A stretch of DNA of 34,356 nt from Spirogloea muscicola (lineage: Eukaryota): assembly GCA_009602725.1 (NCBI GenBank), contig WELB01000029.1, positions 1 through 34,356 on the forward strand. Reading direction: 5' to 3'. Shown piece by piece: positions 13,204 to 24,135 of this stretch. The notes under the pieces were generated by a model. The model saw only the letters and a program-made list of their open reading frames with translations, was not told where the DNA came from and did no database searches. Position 1 is the first letter of the stretch. Each line of letters begins with the position of its first letter. A program made the position numbers and the translations under genes.

Positions 13204-14635
13204 GAAGAGGGGCTCGCCCATTGAGGATAGGGGCTGGAGAAAGCCAGCCCAGAAAAGAATGAACAAAGGACGAGAAGGGGCCAGGGGAAGTACGAAGAAC
13301 AAGCAGCACAGAAAAGAAGCGAAGCAGCTACGAAGCACTCAGTAACCCCTGCTGAGCAGCCTCAGGTCAGAGAGACTGGGTTCCTGGAAGCGGGTCCCCT
13401 GGCCAGAGCCAGAGGCAGCAGCGAGGGCTCTGCCTGCACGCAGGTGCAGCGCGCGGGCCATAGACCTCTGCAGCGAGACGGCCAAGCGCATGCACTCTAA
13501 TGCGGCTGCTGATGTTGTATGAGTACGGAGGGCCTGAGTGGCCAAGCACAAAGGCGCGTGCATATCGACAGGTGTCACACCACCTGCTGCTCAGCTTGAC
13601 CGGCTCAGTAATCGCGAGTCAGCACGTAGTGAGTTCGCTGACCGGGGTGGACGGGAAAAGAAGCTGATCAGGAGGTTCAGGAGGTTCAGGCCGTGCCTGC
13701 TCCTCGTCCCCGGCCTTGCTTCACCTGTACATCCTGGTCCATCCTCTATATCTACATCTACATCTACATCTACATCTACATCTACACATCTATATCTATA
13801 TCTTCTTCGATGTCGCTCGGGCGCTCGGTGGCTTGAGCTGCTCAACCGGCTCTCGCGTCGAGCTTTCTCTCGCCGATACCATGGGGAGCGGGTGAATTCC
13901 CATGCAGCAGGCTCGCTCGCGCAGGTGTACCGCATGCGCCTGTCCGTTTCGCTGCAGAAATCCATGGCTCCTCCTTTTCTGCCATATAGTATTCAGGCAT
14001 CGAATAGCGAGCTTAATGTCTTGACCCGTGGTTCCTGAGCTGGTCAATCTGCCGTGGGTGATGTACGTCATTAGATGTCCTTGCCTTTGTACTCGGCCAT
14101 TTCGGCCTTCGGTTGTTTCAGATACACGAAGCTTTCTTCATGGCTCGAGCGCTGCATCTGCGTGCTGGTCGTGCCTTGGCAGCAGCCTCTGGCCCTGGCC
14201 AGGGGACCCGCAATTAGGAGACCACTTTCCCTGACCTGCGGCTGCTTAGCAGGGGTTACTGACTGCTTCGTCGCTGCTTGACTCCATGCGTGCTAGCTTT
14301 CGCACTTTCCCTGGCCCCTTCGACCTTTATTCGGTCTTTCTCCTGGGCTGGCCTCTCCTCTCCCAGCCGCCGCCCTCTCCTGCAAGCGCCTTTCTCTTCG
14401 CATCGGTTAGCGCCTCCATGTACTGACTGGTGGTTCCTGAGCGGGTCAGCTGAGCGGCAGGTGGTGTACATCTGTCCATGTGCTGGCCTCTTGTCCTTCA
14501 GAGCAAGCGCGGCCAGATAAACTGGTGGCTGGGAGAGGCCAGCCCAAAAGAATGGACAAGGTCTGAAAGAGTCGGAGTGCTAAGTGCCGGCCTCTTGTCC
14601 TTGGCCACTCAGGCCCTCCGTCATTCCCTCGCAAG
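13204..14635. mobile_element. Island of nested RLE-retroelement fragments between AATF and AAED1-like: 13204-13495(-), 13515-13607(-), 13805-13968(+), 13980-14143(+), 14147-14400(+), 14420-14630(+) with insert 14499-14583(-)
   Basis: Peptides MRLAVSLQRSMARALHLRAGRALAAASG..LSDLRLLSRGY* and GARWLELLNRLSRR..GSLAQVYRMRLSVSLQKSMA; 13980-14143 is similar to 25833-25995; repeated terminal hairpin motif. Confidence 0.88.
13745..13803. repeat. (ACATCT)n / (ATATCT)n hexanucleotide microsatellite
   Basis: Direct reading: tatatctacatctacatctacatctacatctacatctacacatctatatctatatct. Confidence 0.9.
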
Positions 14636-14685
14636 AGCGGCCGTGTCCTCGGCCCTGCAGCTCCAAGCCGCGGTCGCCCCGCCCC

Positions 14686-16560
14686 ATGGCGCTCGCTCTC
14701 GGCGCGCCCGCGGCGCGCGCGCCTGCGCTCCGGCGGCCGCCCCNNNNNNNNNNNNNNNNNNNNNNNNNNNNNNNNNNNNNNNNCCTTGCGCCCCCCCCCC
14801 CCTCCACGCTGACCTGCGAAGCCTGGCCGTGTCCCAACAGGTGCCTGCTCTGCAAGAAGCGCGCTGCCGCGCTGGCCGCCCGCAAGGTCCCCCCCTTCTT
14901 ATCAAACCTTCGCTAGCCTCCATGGAGCCCCCGACCTGCACCGCCTCCCGAGGCCTCCGTGTCTGATGGCAGTCTACCCACACCCGCTGACCGTGGGCTT
15001 GACCAGCATCACTCACAGGCCGAGCTGGACCGCGCGGGGGTGCGGCTGGCCCTCATTGGGCCCGGCAGCGCCGAGCAGGTCTGCTGTGGCTACCCAACTG
15101 GGCTTCTCACCTGACAGTCTGCTAACTGCTCCCCTCCCGCGTCCTTTGAAGCGTGCCAGCCTGTGGTTCACTTGAGTGGAGGCTGTATGAGTTGGCAATT
15201 AGCGCAGTGGACCACGTTGACGCCTTTCTTCACGGTCTCTCCCTAGTAGCTTAAATTGAAGCACCGAGCGCGCGTGTATCGAGGGCGGTATACGTCTCAT
15301 GCCGCACTTGGGAGCTCCAGCACTGCCTGTTGGAGTCGTGCTTGCCAGACGACGCCCTTCATAGCGTGCTCCCTTTGCTTGCTATCCAGGCCCAGGGGTT
15401 CCGAGATTCGGTCAACTTTCCTGGAGGTGCGTCTCTTGCTTGAGCAATTCATTTTAGTCTTGCAAGCGGTTGCCTCTTATCTCCCTTGATACCGTGGCAA
15501 TTGGTTGCCTATATTCCTCTTACCTCTGCTCAATTGCATGGCTGATGTGCTCACCTCCACTGTTGACTTTAGCTCACAAGAGAAAAAATGGCTGCGGATA
15601 CCTGTCGCAGATGTATTTGCTGATCCAAAGCGAGCAACATTTCGGGCCCTTGATTTTGTGTCAGGGGTTAGCTCTGTGTTTAGCCCAAGGGTATGCTCCT
15701 ACTTGTCACTGCGGATGCCTGTCGCAGATGTATTTGCTGATCCAGAGCGAGCAACATTTCGGGCCCTTGATTTTGTGTCAGGGGTTAGCTCTGTATTTAG
15801 TCCAAAGGTATGCTCCTACTTGTCACGCTGTATAAGCTGCCTGTTTGTTGCCTCCAATCGTGCGACGACTTATTTCTAGGTCGTTGTGTTGTGCTAGAAA
15901 TCATATATACTGTTGCTTGGACAGGCTGCAGTGAACCTCGTCGGCGCCACTTTGGAAGGCTTTAGCCAAGACTGGGGCCTGTCATTGCAGCCAGACACAA
16001 TCATGAGGGGTGCTTGGTGAGCACGCCCCCTGTGGCATGCATGCTCGAGCACACAATGCTCTTTGGCAGTTCCTCAAGTACAAGTACAAGCGCAAGGCCA
16101 TATTCAGCCAGAAATTTGGATGACCGATTTCTTGCTGCCCTGAATTTCTTCAGTTCTTGGTTCCTCTCCCTGATGAGGCCGTGACGGAGCTTGTTGGGCT
16201 CAGGCAACAGGGTGGGCTCATCGTAGCGGGGGCTGGCACCGACAAGCTCATCTTTCTTCATAAGGTCTGTGAGAGGCAACTTGCAATGCTATTGCATGTG
16301 ATTGCCATCACTATAGCATCATGATATATGCCTTGGTTGTAGTACACCATCCTACTTAAGAAGGTCATGGGACTGAGACAGGTCCACCGCGCTCATCTGC
16401 TTTGCTCCCTGAAGCCGCATGTGGAGGCCCATAGCAAGCCTCTACATTGAGCTATGCAGCACACCTTGATGAAGCTCGTGTTGTACTCCAACCGCAGGAT
16501 GCACAAGCTGGCGATGAACCAGACCTTGACATTGTTATGCAGGCCTGCTTGTCAGATTGA
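14686..16560 (+). CDS. AAED1: AAED1/PRXL2C-like peroxiredoxin-like (AhpC/TSA_2) protein, probably plastid-targeted. Exons: 14686-gap, 14841-14886, 15019-15078, 15390-15426, 15611-15690 or 15728-15807, 15925-16016, 16204-16264, 16498-16560
   Basis: Spliced peptide CLLCKKRAAALAARK|AELDRAGVRLALIGPGSAEQ|AQGFRDSVNFPG|DVFADPKRATFRALDFVSGVSSVFSPR|AAVNLVGATLEGFSQDWGLSLQPDTIMRGAW|QQGGLIVAGAGTDKLIFLHK|DAQAGDEP..*; CxxC motif; consistent intron phases; Ala/Arg-rich N-terminus. Confidence 0.9.
14744..14783. other. Assembly gap (40 N) inside the GC-rich first exon/intron of the AAED1-like gene
   Basis: Run of N. Confidence 0.98.
15592..15825 (+). repeat. 117-bp tandem duplication (15592-15708, 15709-15825) containing a whole exon with its acceptor and donor
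   Basis: Direct alignment of the two units shows 5 substitutions. Confidence 0.95.
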
Positions 16561-16969
16561 CGCACCCAATGCCCGCTGGATGTATGGCAGCCGCCCTGCT
16601 GTCAACCAGTCCTGTAGGTCCACGCATGTCTATTAGCAGAAGCTGGTTCTGGAGATCATCGAAGAGCCTGAATATGCATAGACACTTCTGAGATACTTGC
16701 TTCACCCACAAGCGCACGCATCATGAGGTACACATGTAAGCATGGGCAGACTTTCTAAGCACCTGTTAAGTGACCAGCAATCAGGGGTCTGTTTAAACTT
16801 CTAAAACCAGGGCACTTTCACGAGTTTACTTTACTTGTAGCCACCGTGGCAGACCAGAGTATGCTTTTCGCGCAGAGGCAGTGGGAGAATCCTGTCATTT
16901 ATAGCAGGCAACACGAAGCCTACCTCTGTTATGCTTCTGTGAGTAATTTCTAAAACTCTCACAGTGGCT

Positions 16970-19900
16970 TCACTGTTGCTCACGCCTATCTTCTGTGGCT
17001 GGTGGCCGTTGCTGTTGCTGCTCAGCTCTCTCCGCCCCTCTGGGCTTGCTCTTGCCGCCCACTTCTCTAAGTCTGCCGTTACTTTTGCCTCCTCCTCTGC
17101 TCCCACCCTTTGGCCTTCCTCGCAGTGCCTGGAGCTCGTCTTGCTGCTGCTGTACTTGTCGATGGAGCCCATACAGCTACACGAGGAACTCACACAAGCG
17201 CTTTCAGATACCGCAACAGGGTGACCAGTGGCAAGCAGCCAGTGTGCTGTGAAGTAGGATGACCTATGCACAATGACAATCAGGAAGCAATTGTACAGGA
17301 TGTGGTGCAGACCGTCGTCTGAAGCTTCTCTGCATCATCGTTGATGTCGTCAACATACTCTTGAAGTTCTGCAAGTGGACAATGCATACAAACAGCTGAA
17401 GTCACCTGATAGCTCCAATCAGTCGCATCCTGGAATGCTCAATACAGCGATGAAATTGCAAGCATACAATATCAGTCATATGTGATGGTGATTTGACGTG
17501 TGGGTGCAAGAGAGACGCAGTTATAGAAGTCTCAATCATTGACCACCTAGCTGTAAGAAAGCTCGTAATGGACAAATTGACACAAGCACCCACCTTGGTA
17601 ACCTTTTCTGAGCTCAGCATTCAGCTGCTTCTGTATTGCCAGCTTATTCTCCAGCTCATGCATCTGCATTGCAGCCACCAAGAGGTGATCAAGCCTACAC
17701 TGATGCGGCCTGATGTAGCCTCACTGAAATCACCAAATAGGTTATCAAAGGCTGTGGCACGCAGAAAGCCAAAGTCAGGGATGGGGCCTACCTTGCCTTC
17801 AGAAGCCTCACGACCTATCTCCTCGTTCTCTTCCTGAAGAGTGCGGCACTTAGCCATGAGCATTTTCCCATTCTTGCTGTCTGGGGTAAACCGCACAGCT
17901 GCCAAATCATCCTGCAAGTCCTTGGCCTTCTTTTCGGCGGCTTCTAGCTCGGTCTGCAACAAAGGCGTGTATTCATATCAGAGCACCTCTGCGCTTTTAG
18001 GCCTCCTGCATAAGCTAGGGTTAAGAAAGGAGACGAATGTATTCCAAGTGCACCTGATTCTCAGAGCCAGCGATGCTGAGGCAAATTCCAAAAGGACAAT
18101 GACTGGCTTGCCATGCAAGTGCCAAGGGGTGGCTCCAATATTTACAACAGTGTTTCTTTGTAAATTTTGTAAATCAAGACTTAAATACATCAAAATGTGG
18201 CACAACTTGTATGACACAGGTGTTAGTGCCTCAAGCCATGCCCATCCCCGGAGGACCAGGCAACTTCACTTACCTTCAGCCTTGTGAACTCAGCATGAAT
18301 GACTGGATCTAGTAGAAGCTTCCGTGTCTGCGTCGGCATAACACGTAGTCAGCGTATAGAAGTAGCTTTGTGCAGACTTGAGCAATGGCGTCATTGTCTT
18401 CGTCCTAGATCCAGTTGTGCTGATAGCAAGCAGATGGGGAAACGAGCACGCAAGCTTCTAAGTGGCATGCTGAGGCAAGTTGACTTTGGACTCAGTTGCC
18501 AAGTAGAGTAGCTGGGTGCCATTTCCTGTTGCATATTTGCGAATGCACATGCTGATGTGCATGACTTTTGCAAACAACACAGTGAGTACCTGCATGGGCT
18601 CTGGCTTCATCATCTCCTTCATCTCAGATAGAATGCCCTGCCCACATGATCTATTGTATTGCTCAGCCTCCTGATTGAATAAAACCTCAGAACTACATTG
18701 ACCACGTATATGAGCTCAACCCCTGACCTGGAGCTGCAAACTACCTCCGCTGGCTTATTCAGCAATCCTTGCTTCATGACGTGAAGGATTAGAGCTACCT
18801 TCAGATCTGTAATTTCTTGCTCTTTGGCAGAGAGCTTTGCCAGCATGGCATTCTCCCTCCTCTTAGCAGCTCTGCACTGCATCACAGATGACATACATTA
18901 CCAACCGGTTCAGCTCAGCGCAGAATGACAGGCTGGCACATGGGCGACCTGCTTGGCCTTGGTTTATTTGACCCACCCCCACGAAAGCTCTGCTGGGCAG
19001 CCTCGCAAGAGCTTTCATTAAGAAAGCGAATGTGGCGTACCTGATCTTTCAGCTTTGTCTCTCTGGCCTGTAACCTCGACACAGCCTCCGTCAACGCTTC
19101 TGGATCTGCTTTACATCAGAGTTGAGAGCAGCTTAGGACCTCAAGTACTCCGAAGCAAGCGCAAACGGAACCATGCACAACTGTAGACTACCAAACCCTG
19201 CTTATGCAGCCAGTAGCAGCCAGAGATATGGAGCTGTGCATTTGAGGCAGCTGCATACTTGGCTGTGTTGACAGCCCACTGAGAGCTCCAGACTCAAACA
19301 TTTGCTGCCACTGCCCCAGCTCCAGGATTGCAGTATCGAGCTTCTCCTGCAATGAGCACAACAAGCCGTGTACTTTTGTGAAGTGTTGGAAGATTAACCT
19401 ACACAAGTGACAGGTGTGGACTGAAAGAATTTTCAATAAGCCGCCCAGAGGCAACCGTAAGACAAGCCTGGCCTGGACAATGGAACCCCCTTGCACAACA
19501 TGTCAGGGAGAACGCTTGACTTAGCAGGCTGTTCTGCGTTCAGTTTGGTCACCTGTAAAGACTTGATATGCTTTTCCTTGGCCTCCAAACTGACAATGAC
19601 AACAATGTGGCAGCATGGTGCTTGGTCTGAAGATGGGACCAAGGTGCGGCGACAGTAGGGCTACAGTAGGGCTAGGGATTGAAGAGCGAGCTCAGAATAT
19701 AGCTCGAGCGCAACCACTACGTCATTGATAAAGAGCATGGACCTAAACTTGAGCCATATATTGCTCCTGCATCTTAGACTTGGTGGTCGCAAGGTGGAAC
19801 ACCTTGTGTAGGTACTCTCACATGCAAGCCGTGGCATCATACCAGCTTGCAGCTAATTAACGTCAGGCTCTCCAACCTAGGGCTACTCAGGTGTTCATGG

Positions 19901-20969
19901 CACTGCCCCGTCTCAAGGTGCCGCCATAACATTTATCCAAGCAGGATAGGGGTACCTTCCACGAAGATTCAAGATTGTGGTGGTTGCAAGCTCTTCGCCT
20001 GCAGTGGCGTCACCATATATCTGCCCGACCCATACCCGGCGTCAGCGTCAGTCTTCTTCCAGCTGCCTCGACGTCCGGTGCCACCTAGCATGACAGGGCG
20101 TGGTCATTGCATACTGCCTTTCACGTCAGCTCAGCATCAAAGAGACAGGGCGTGACGCGCTCATTGGTATGGGTGGGGGGGCCACAGCAGTAGCAAACGT
20201 GCCTTCTTGGCAGGGTAGAGGTCGTCATCCTCCTCCTCCAAGTCGTCAAATGGCCTTTTGCTGGCTGCAGCTCCTGCACATGAATGAGAGTGATGGGTCG
20301 GGCTGACGCTCTCGGAGTTTAGAAGTTCCAGCAGAGGCAGGGTCGTGTTCCCGAGGACAGGCTCAAGTTCAGCAGCTGCCTTGACTAAGATTTGCAGCAT
20401 TGACTGCCATGGGACGAGGCAGGTGCGCGTAACTGACAGCCCTGCCGCAAATGCAATTTCCAAGACCTAAAATCTGAGCGCATGTAGACCTGGGAGCCAC
20501 TAACCCTAAGCCTGCAAGCTAGACAGCCGTGCACCAGGAAGAGATAGTCAAGTTAGTGGCACTGAGGCTCCTCCCCAGCAGCAGCTGCCAAGCACGCAAG
20601 CGTGGGCTGTGGGCAATTCCGGCACAACCAGGTGCTCTCTAGCTCACCCCTCTCCTTGGTTCCCTCCTCGGGGTCGTCGCCACCAAAGTCAAAATCGTCC
20701 TGCCAGTGGTACGACCGGAGCCAAAGCGACGGGCTTGTGTCAGCAGAACGCTGAGGGCTCCAGTAGGCCGCATGGCGTCCTGTCAGAGAGAGGCAGCACA
20801 GGAGCTGCGAGCGAGGCCGTGCTCGGGACAAGCTTCAGGGATGAGTGGCGGGAACAACAAGACACTGGGGAGTTGGCGGCGCCGACGGCCCCTGGTGACC
20901 CAGCCATGGCAGCTCAAAAGGCGGAGCGAGGGGAGGCCTGGCGCCGACCTCGCCATAGATGTCTGCCAT
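16970..20969 (-). CDS. FIP37: FIP37/WTAP, m6A methyltransferase complex subunit, multi-exon
   Basis: MADIYGE|DDFDFGGDD; KRPFDDLEEEDDD; TILNLRG; WQQMF; AKRRENAMLAKLSAKEQEITDLK; RKLLLDPVIHAEFTRLK; LQDDLAAVRFTPDSKNGKMLMAKCRTLQEENEEIGREASEGK; MHELENKLAIQK; stop at 16970-16972. Confidence 0.93.
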
Positions 20970-21675
20970 GGGTGGAAGGCGCCGGCGATCCCTGTGAGCC
21001 GCCGCGGCGGGCTTCCGGCGCTGCGGCCTCCCTCCTCCCCTTGCGTGCCTGCTTGCAAGTTCTGAGCGGGCCGGGCACAGCAGCCGTGTCGGCACTTGCA
21101 GCGGGTGCTTGCATGAGCTTTCCGGCTTGTCGGCTTTCTTGGCCGCTTGAGTCGCTGTGTGCTTCAGCACTTTGGTCAGTTCTCTTCGGGCTGGCTGTCA
21201 CAGGCCTTCGCCCCTTTGGGAAGAAGTGGCTCTCCCAATGGGGGCAAGGGCTGTGAGAAGCCAGCCCGAAAAAGAATTGACAAGGTTCGAAGGGGCCAGA
21301 CTACGAGCTAAGCAGCGACTGCGGGGCCTGAAGAGGCTATGGCAGAACGGGGGAGGATGGACCTCCTTTGGGAGTGCACACATTCTCCTTGTTCTTGGCC
21401 CTTCTCCCTCCAGCGGTCCATGGCCCACGCCTTGCATCTGCGTGCTGGCCGTGCTCTCGCTGCGGCCTCCGGCTTTCGTCAGGGGGATAGGTTACCGGCA
21501 GCTAGTCTGTCGGATGTGAGGCTCCTCACTCGTAACTACTAAGTGGTCCATCCTCCCCCGTTCTGCCATAGCCTCTTCAGGCCCCGCAGTCGCTGCTTAG
21601 CTCGTAGTTTGGCCCCTTCGAACCTTGTCAATTCTTTTCTGGCTTTCCTGGCTTTTCTGGCTTTTCTGGCTGGCT

Positions 21676-21946
21676 TCTCACAGCCCTTGCCCCCATTGGG
21701 AGAGCCACTTCTTCTCTCCTCCAAACTTCGTTCTGGCTGGCCAATCACAGCCATCGTCCTCTCGCCCGATTCTCTCCCTTCTTGTCCATTCTTTTGGGCT
21801 GGCCTCTCCCAGCCACCAGTTAATCTGGCCGCGCTTGCTCTCACAGCCCTTGCCCCCATTGGGAGAGCCACTTCTTCTCTCCTCCAAACTTCGTTCTGGC
21901 TGGCCAATCACAGCCATCGTCCTCTCGCCCGATTCTCTCCCTTCTT
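21676..21946 (+). repeat. Identical 108-bp direct repeat (21676-21783, 21839-21946) flanking a 55-bp element terminus
   Basis: Base-by-base comparison; the spacer 21784-21838 matches the reverse complement of 14500-14560 and 22648-22706. Confidence 0.92.
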
Positions 21947-23869
21947 TCCATCGAGCAAGCGCGGCCTTTTCCATCTCTGTCAGACTTCGTACATTGTGCA
22001 TTCCTTGGACTGGCCTCTTACAGCTACTGCGTAATATTCGAAGAGCTCTTTCTTTCCAGCCCCTATCCTCAATGGGCGAGCCCTTTCTTTCCCGGGCTGG
22101 CTTTCACAGCAAGAGAGAGAAGGCGCGCGGAGCGTATGGAAATAAAAGGAGGCCAATTCAAGTCAATATATTGTTCAGGCAGATCCAGTGCAGGATAAAG
22201 AAGGCTACATAAAGCGGAGCTCTGTGCTAAGGTGCGGAAGGTAACAGGGTGACATTAGTACCCATGGGTAAGCACATGCAAATCCGACAAGCTAAGTTGG
22301 GGAGCCGGAGCGCCGCCACGAAAGCCGGTGGCCTGTATGAGAGCGCGCCCTGCACGCTGATGAGCTTGCGAGCGCTGCAAATTAAGCGGAAGCCGCATTC
22401 TATGATATGCAACTAATGCCTGCGAAATGCTGGTGTGGCCCAAGCTGCCCCCCAGACTTCGACGACACGCGTCAACCAGCCGGGCCAGATGCTGGATGCG
22501 GGAGGACCATTTCATGCTGTAGCCTTTGTAGATATCCATGCGCACGGATAACCCTAAGAAGGTCCAATGGGCCGAAAGGTGACAAAGTCGCACAGCTATG
22601 CCAGAGACTACAGCGAATGGGAAGGGGAACAGCTCTTCCAATCTAAGAAGCAAGCGCGGCCAGATTGACTGGTGGCTGGGAGAGGCCAGCCCAAAGGAAT
22701 GGACAAGCTCTGACATTCTAAGGCAGCGGTTGTGAAAGGCCAGCCCAAAAAAAGGATGGATGAGGTGCAAAGAGCCGAAATGCCCGTAAACCACACAGCT
22801 TTGCACGAGACTATAGCGGATGGGAGCTAAATAATTCCGAGTTAGCAGCAGCAAGACGAAGTAACTTGCAGCCGGACAAGAGGCACCCCGACGAGACCTA
22901 GAAGCAGCAGCCATAGCGCGGCCTGCCCGCAAGTGCACTGCGTGACCCAGAGAGCGTCGGAAGGAGACAGATAGCCGCATTCGGAGTACCTGGGCAAGCG
23001 ACCCGGCAGCGTTGAAGCCGGGCAGCTCACCTTGCTAAGCCTGCCGACGTTCGATGGCCTGTCGGGCAAGCCGCTGCAGAAGGTCCAGCTAGTGACTGCC
23101 GAATGGCCCGTGCACGTCTTCCGCAAGCGCCACGACTCATCCCCAGCTGGGTAATCAGCACATTATTGCTAGCTCAATAGCCCCTATTGAGCAGCCGGAG
23201 GTCAGAGAAAGTAGTCTCCGGGGAATGGGTCCCCAGTCTATAGCCAGAGGCTGCAGCCAAAGCGCGACAAGTTGGAAGGAACTGGATAGCCACATACGGA
23301 CCACCTGCGCAAGCGACCCAGCGACATTGAAGCCGGACAGCTCCCTTCTTAGAATCTCCCTGAGATGGCCCGCCGGGCAAGCTGTCAGAGAGGACGACGT
23401 CCATGACGAGGCGCTTGCCACCTCCCAGGAGTTCGGGAAGAAGAAGTAATAAGAAGAAGAAGTAACACTACCATTTTGTCCATTCTTTTTGGGCTGGCGT
23501 TGCCAGCCCCTCTTCGCTATGGGCGAGCGATCTCTTTCTTTCCAGGAGGGAGCAGTGGCTGTGAGACGCCAGCCCAGGAAAAAGAATGAAGAAACTTCGA
23601 AGGACGCCCACCAGATCGGCCTGGTTCGAGGGACCCCGTCGCGAAGTCGAATGGAAGCGGCAGCGGTGAAGGGAGAGAGACGAGAGAAGGCGCGCGGTGC
23701 ATATGAAATGAAAGGATGGCCAAATTGAAGCCAGAACATTGTTCAGGCAGAAACTAGTGCAGAAGATGGGGCTACATGAAACCCTAAAGCCTATGCTATG
23801 GTGGCTTAGGTGACAGTGTGACTCTAGTACCCACGGCTGAGCGCATACAGATCCGAGGCTGGGCATGCG

Positions 23870-24135
23870 GTGGCCTGCGCCATACGTGCCGAGGGGTTCA
23901 CCCACTATGCAGCCCCCACAATTATACCAGCCAAGAAAGACGAATTTGGCGATTACACAGACAGGAGGATGTGTGGTGATTATCGTCGACTGAATTTGTC
24001 CACCCCTCTTGACCGTTATCTATGCCTACTCCTAAGGAGATTTTTGCTTGTGCGGGCTACAATAAAGTTCTTCCAGTATTGGACCTTAGGCAAGAGTGTA
24101 ATCAGATCGATATCGAGCCTGGTGACAGGCACGAC
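23870..24135 (+). mobile_element. Ty3/Gypsy reverse transcriptase N-terminal fragment, frameshifted near 24020
   Basis: YAAPTIIPAKKDEFGDYTDRRMCGDYRRLNLSTPLDRY/MPTPKEIF..KVLPVLDLRQECNQIDIEPGD matches Gypsy RT motifs (RMCxDYRxLN, DxYPMP, LDLxxGxxQI). Confidence 0.9.

Noticed and set aside
21222..21712. Inverted repeat read as a MITE or a Penelope-type inverted pseudo-LTR
   Set aside because: The left arm has its own 9-bp TSD (CCTTTGGGA), so it is an independent insertion
23779..23788. Single AAACCCTAAA (also AACCCTAA near 20502 and 22549)
   Set aside because: Isolated copies, compatible with chance or a telo-box; not an interstitial telomere
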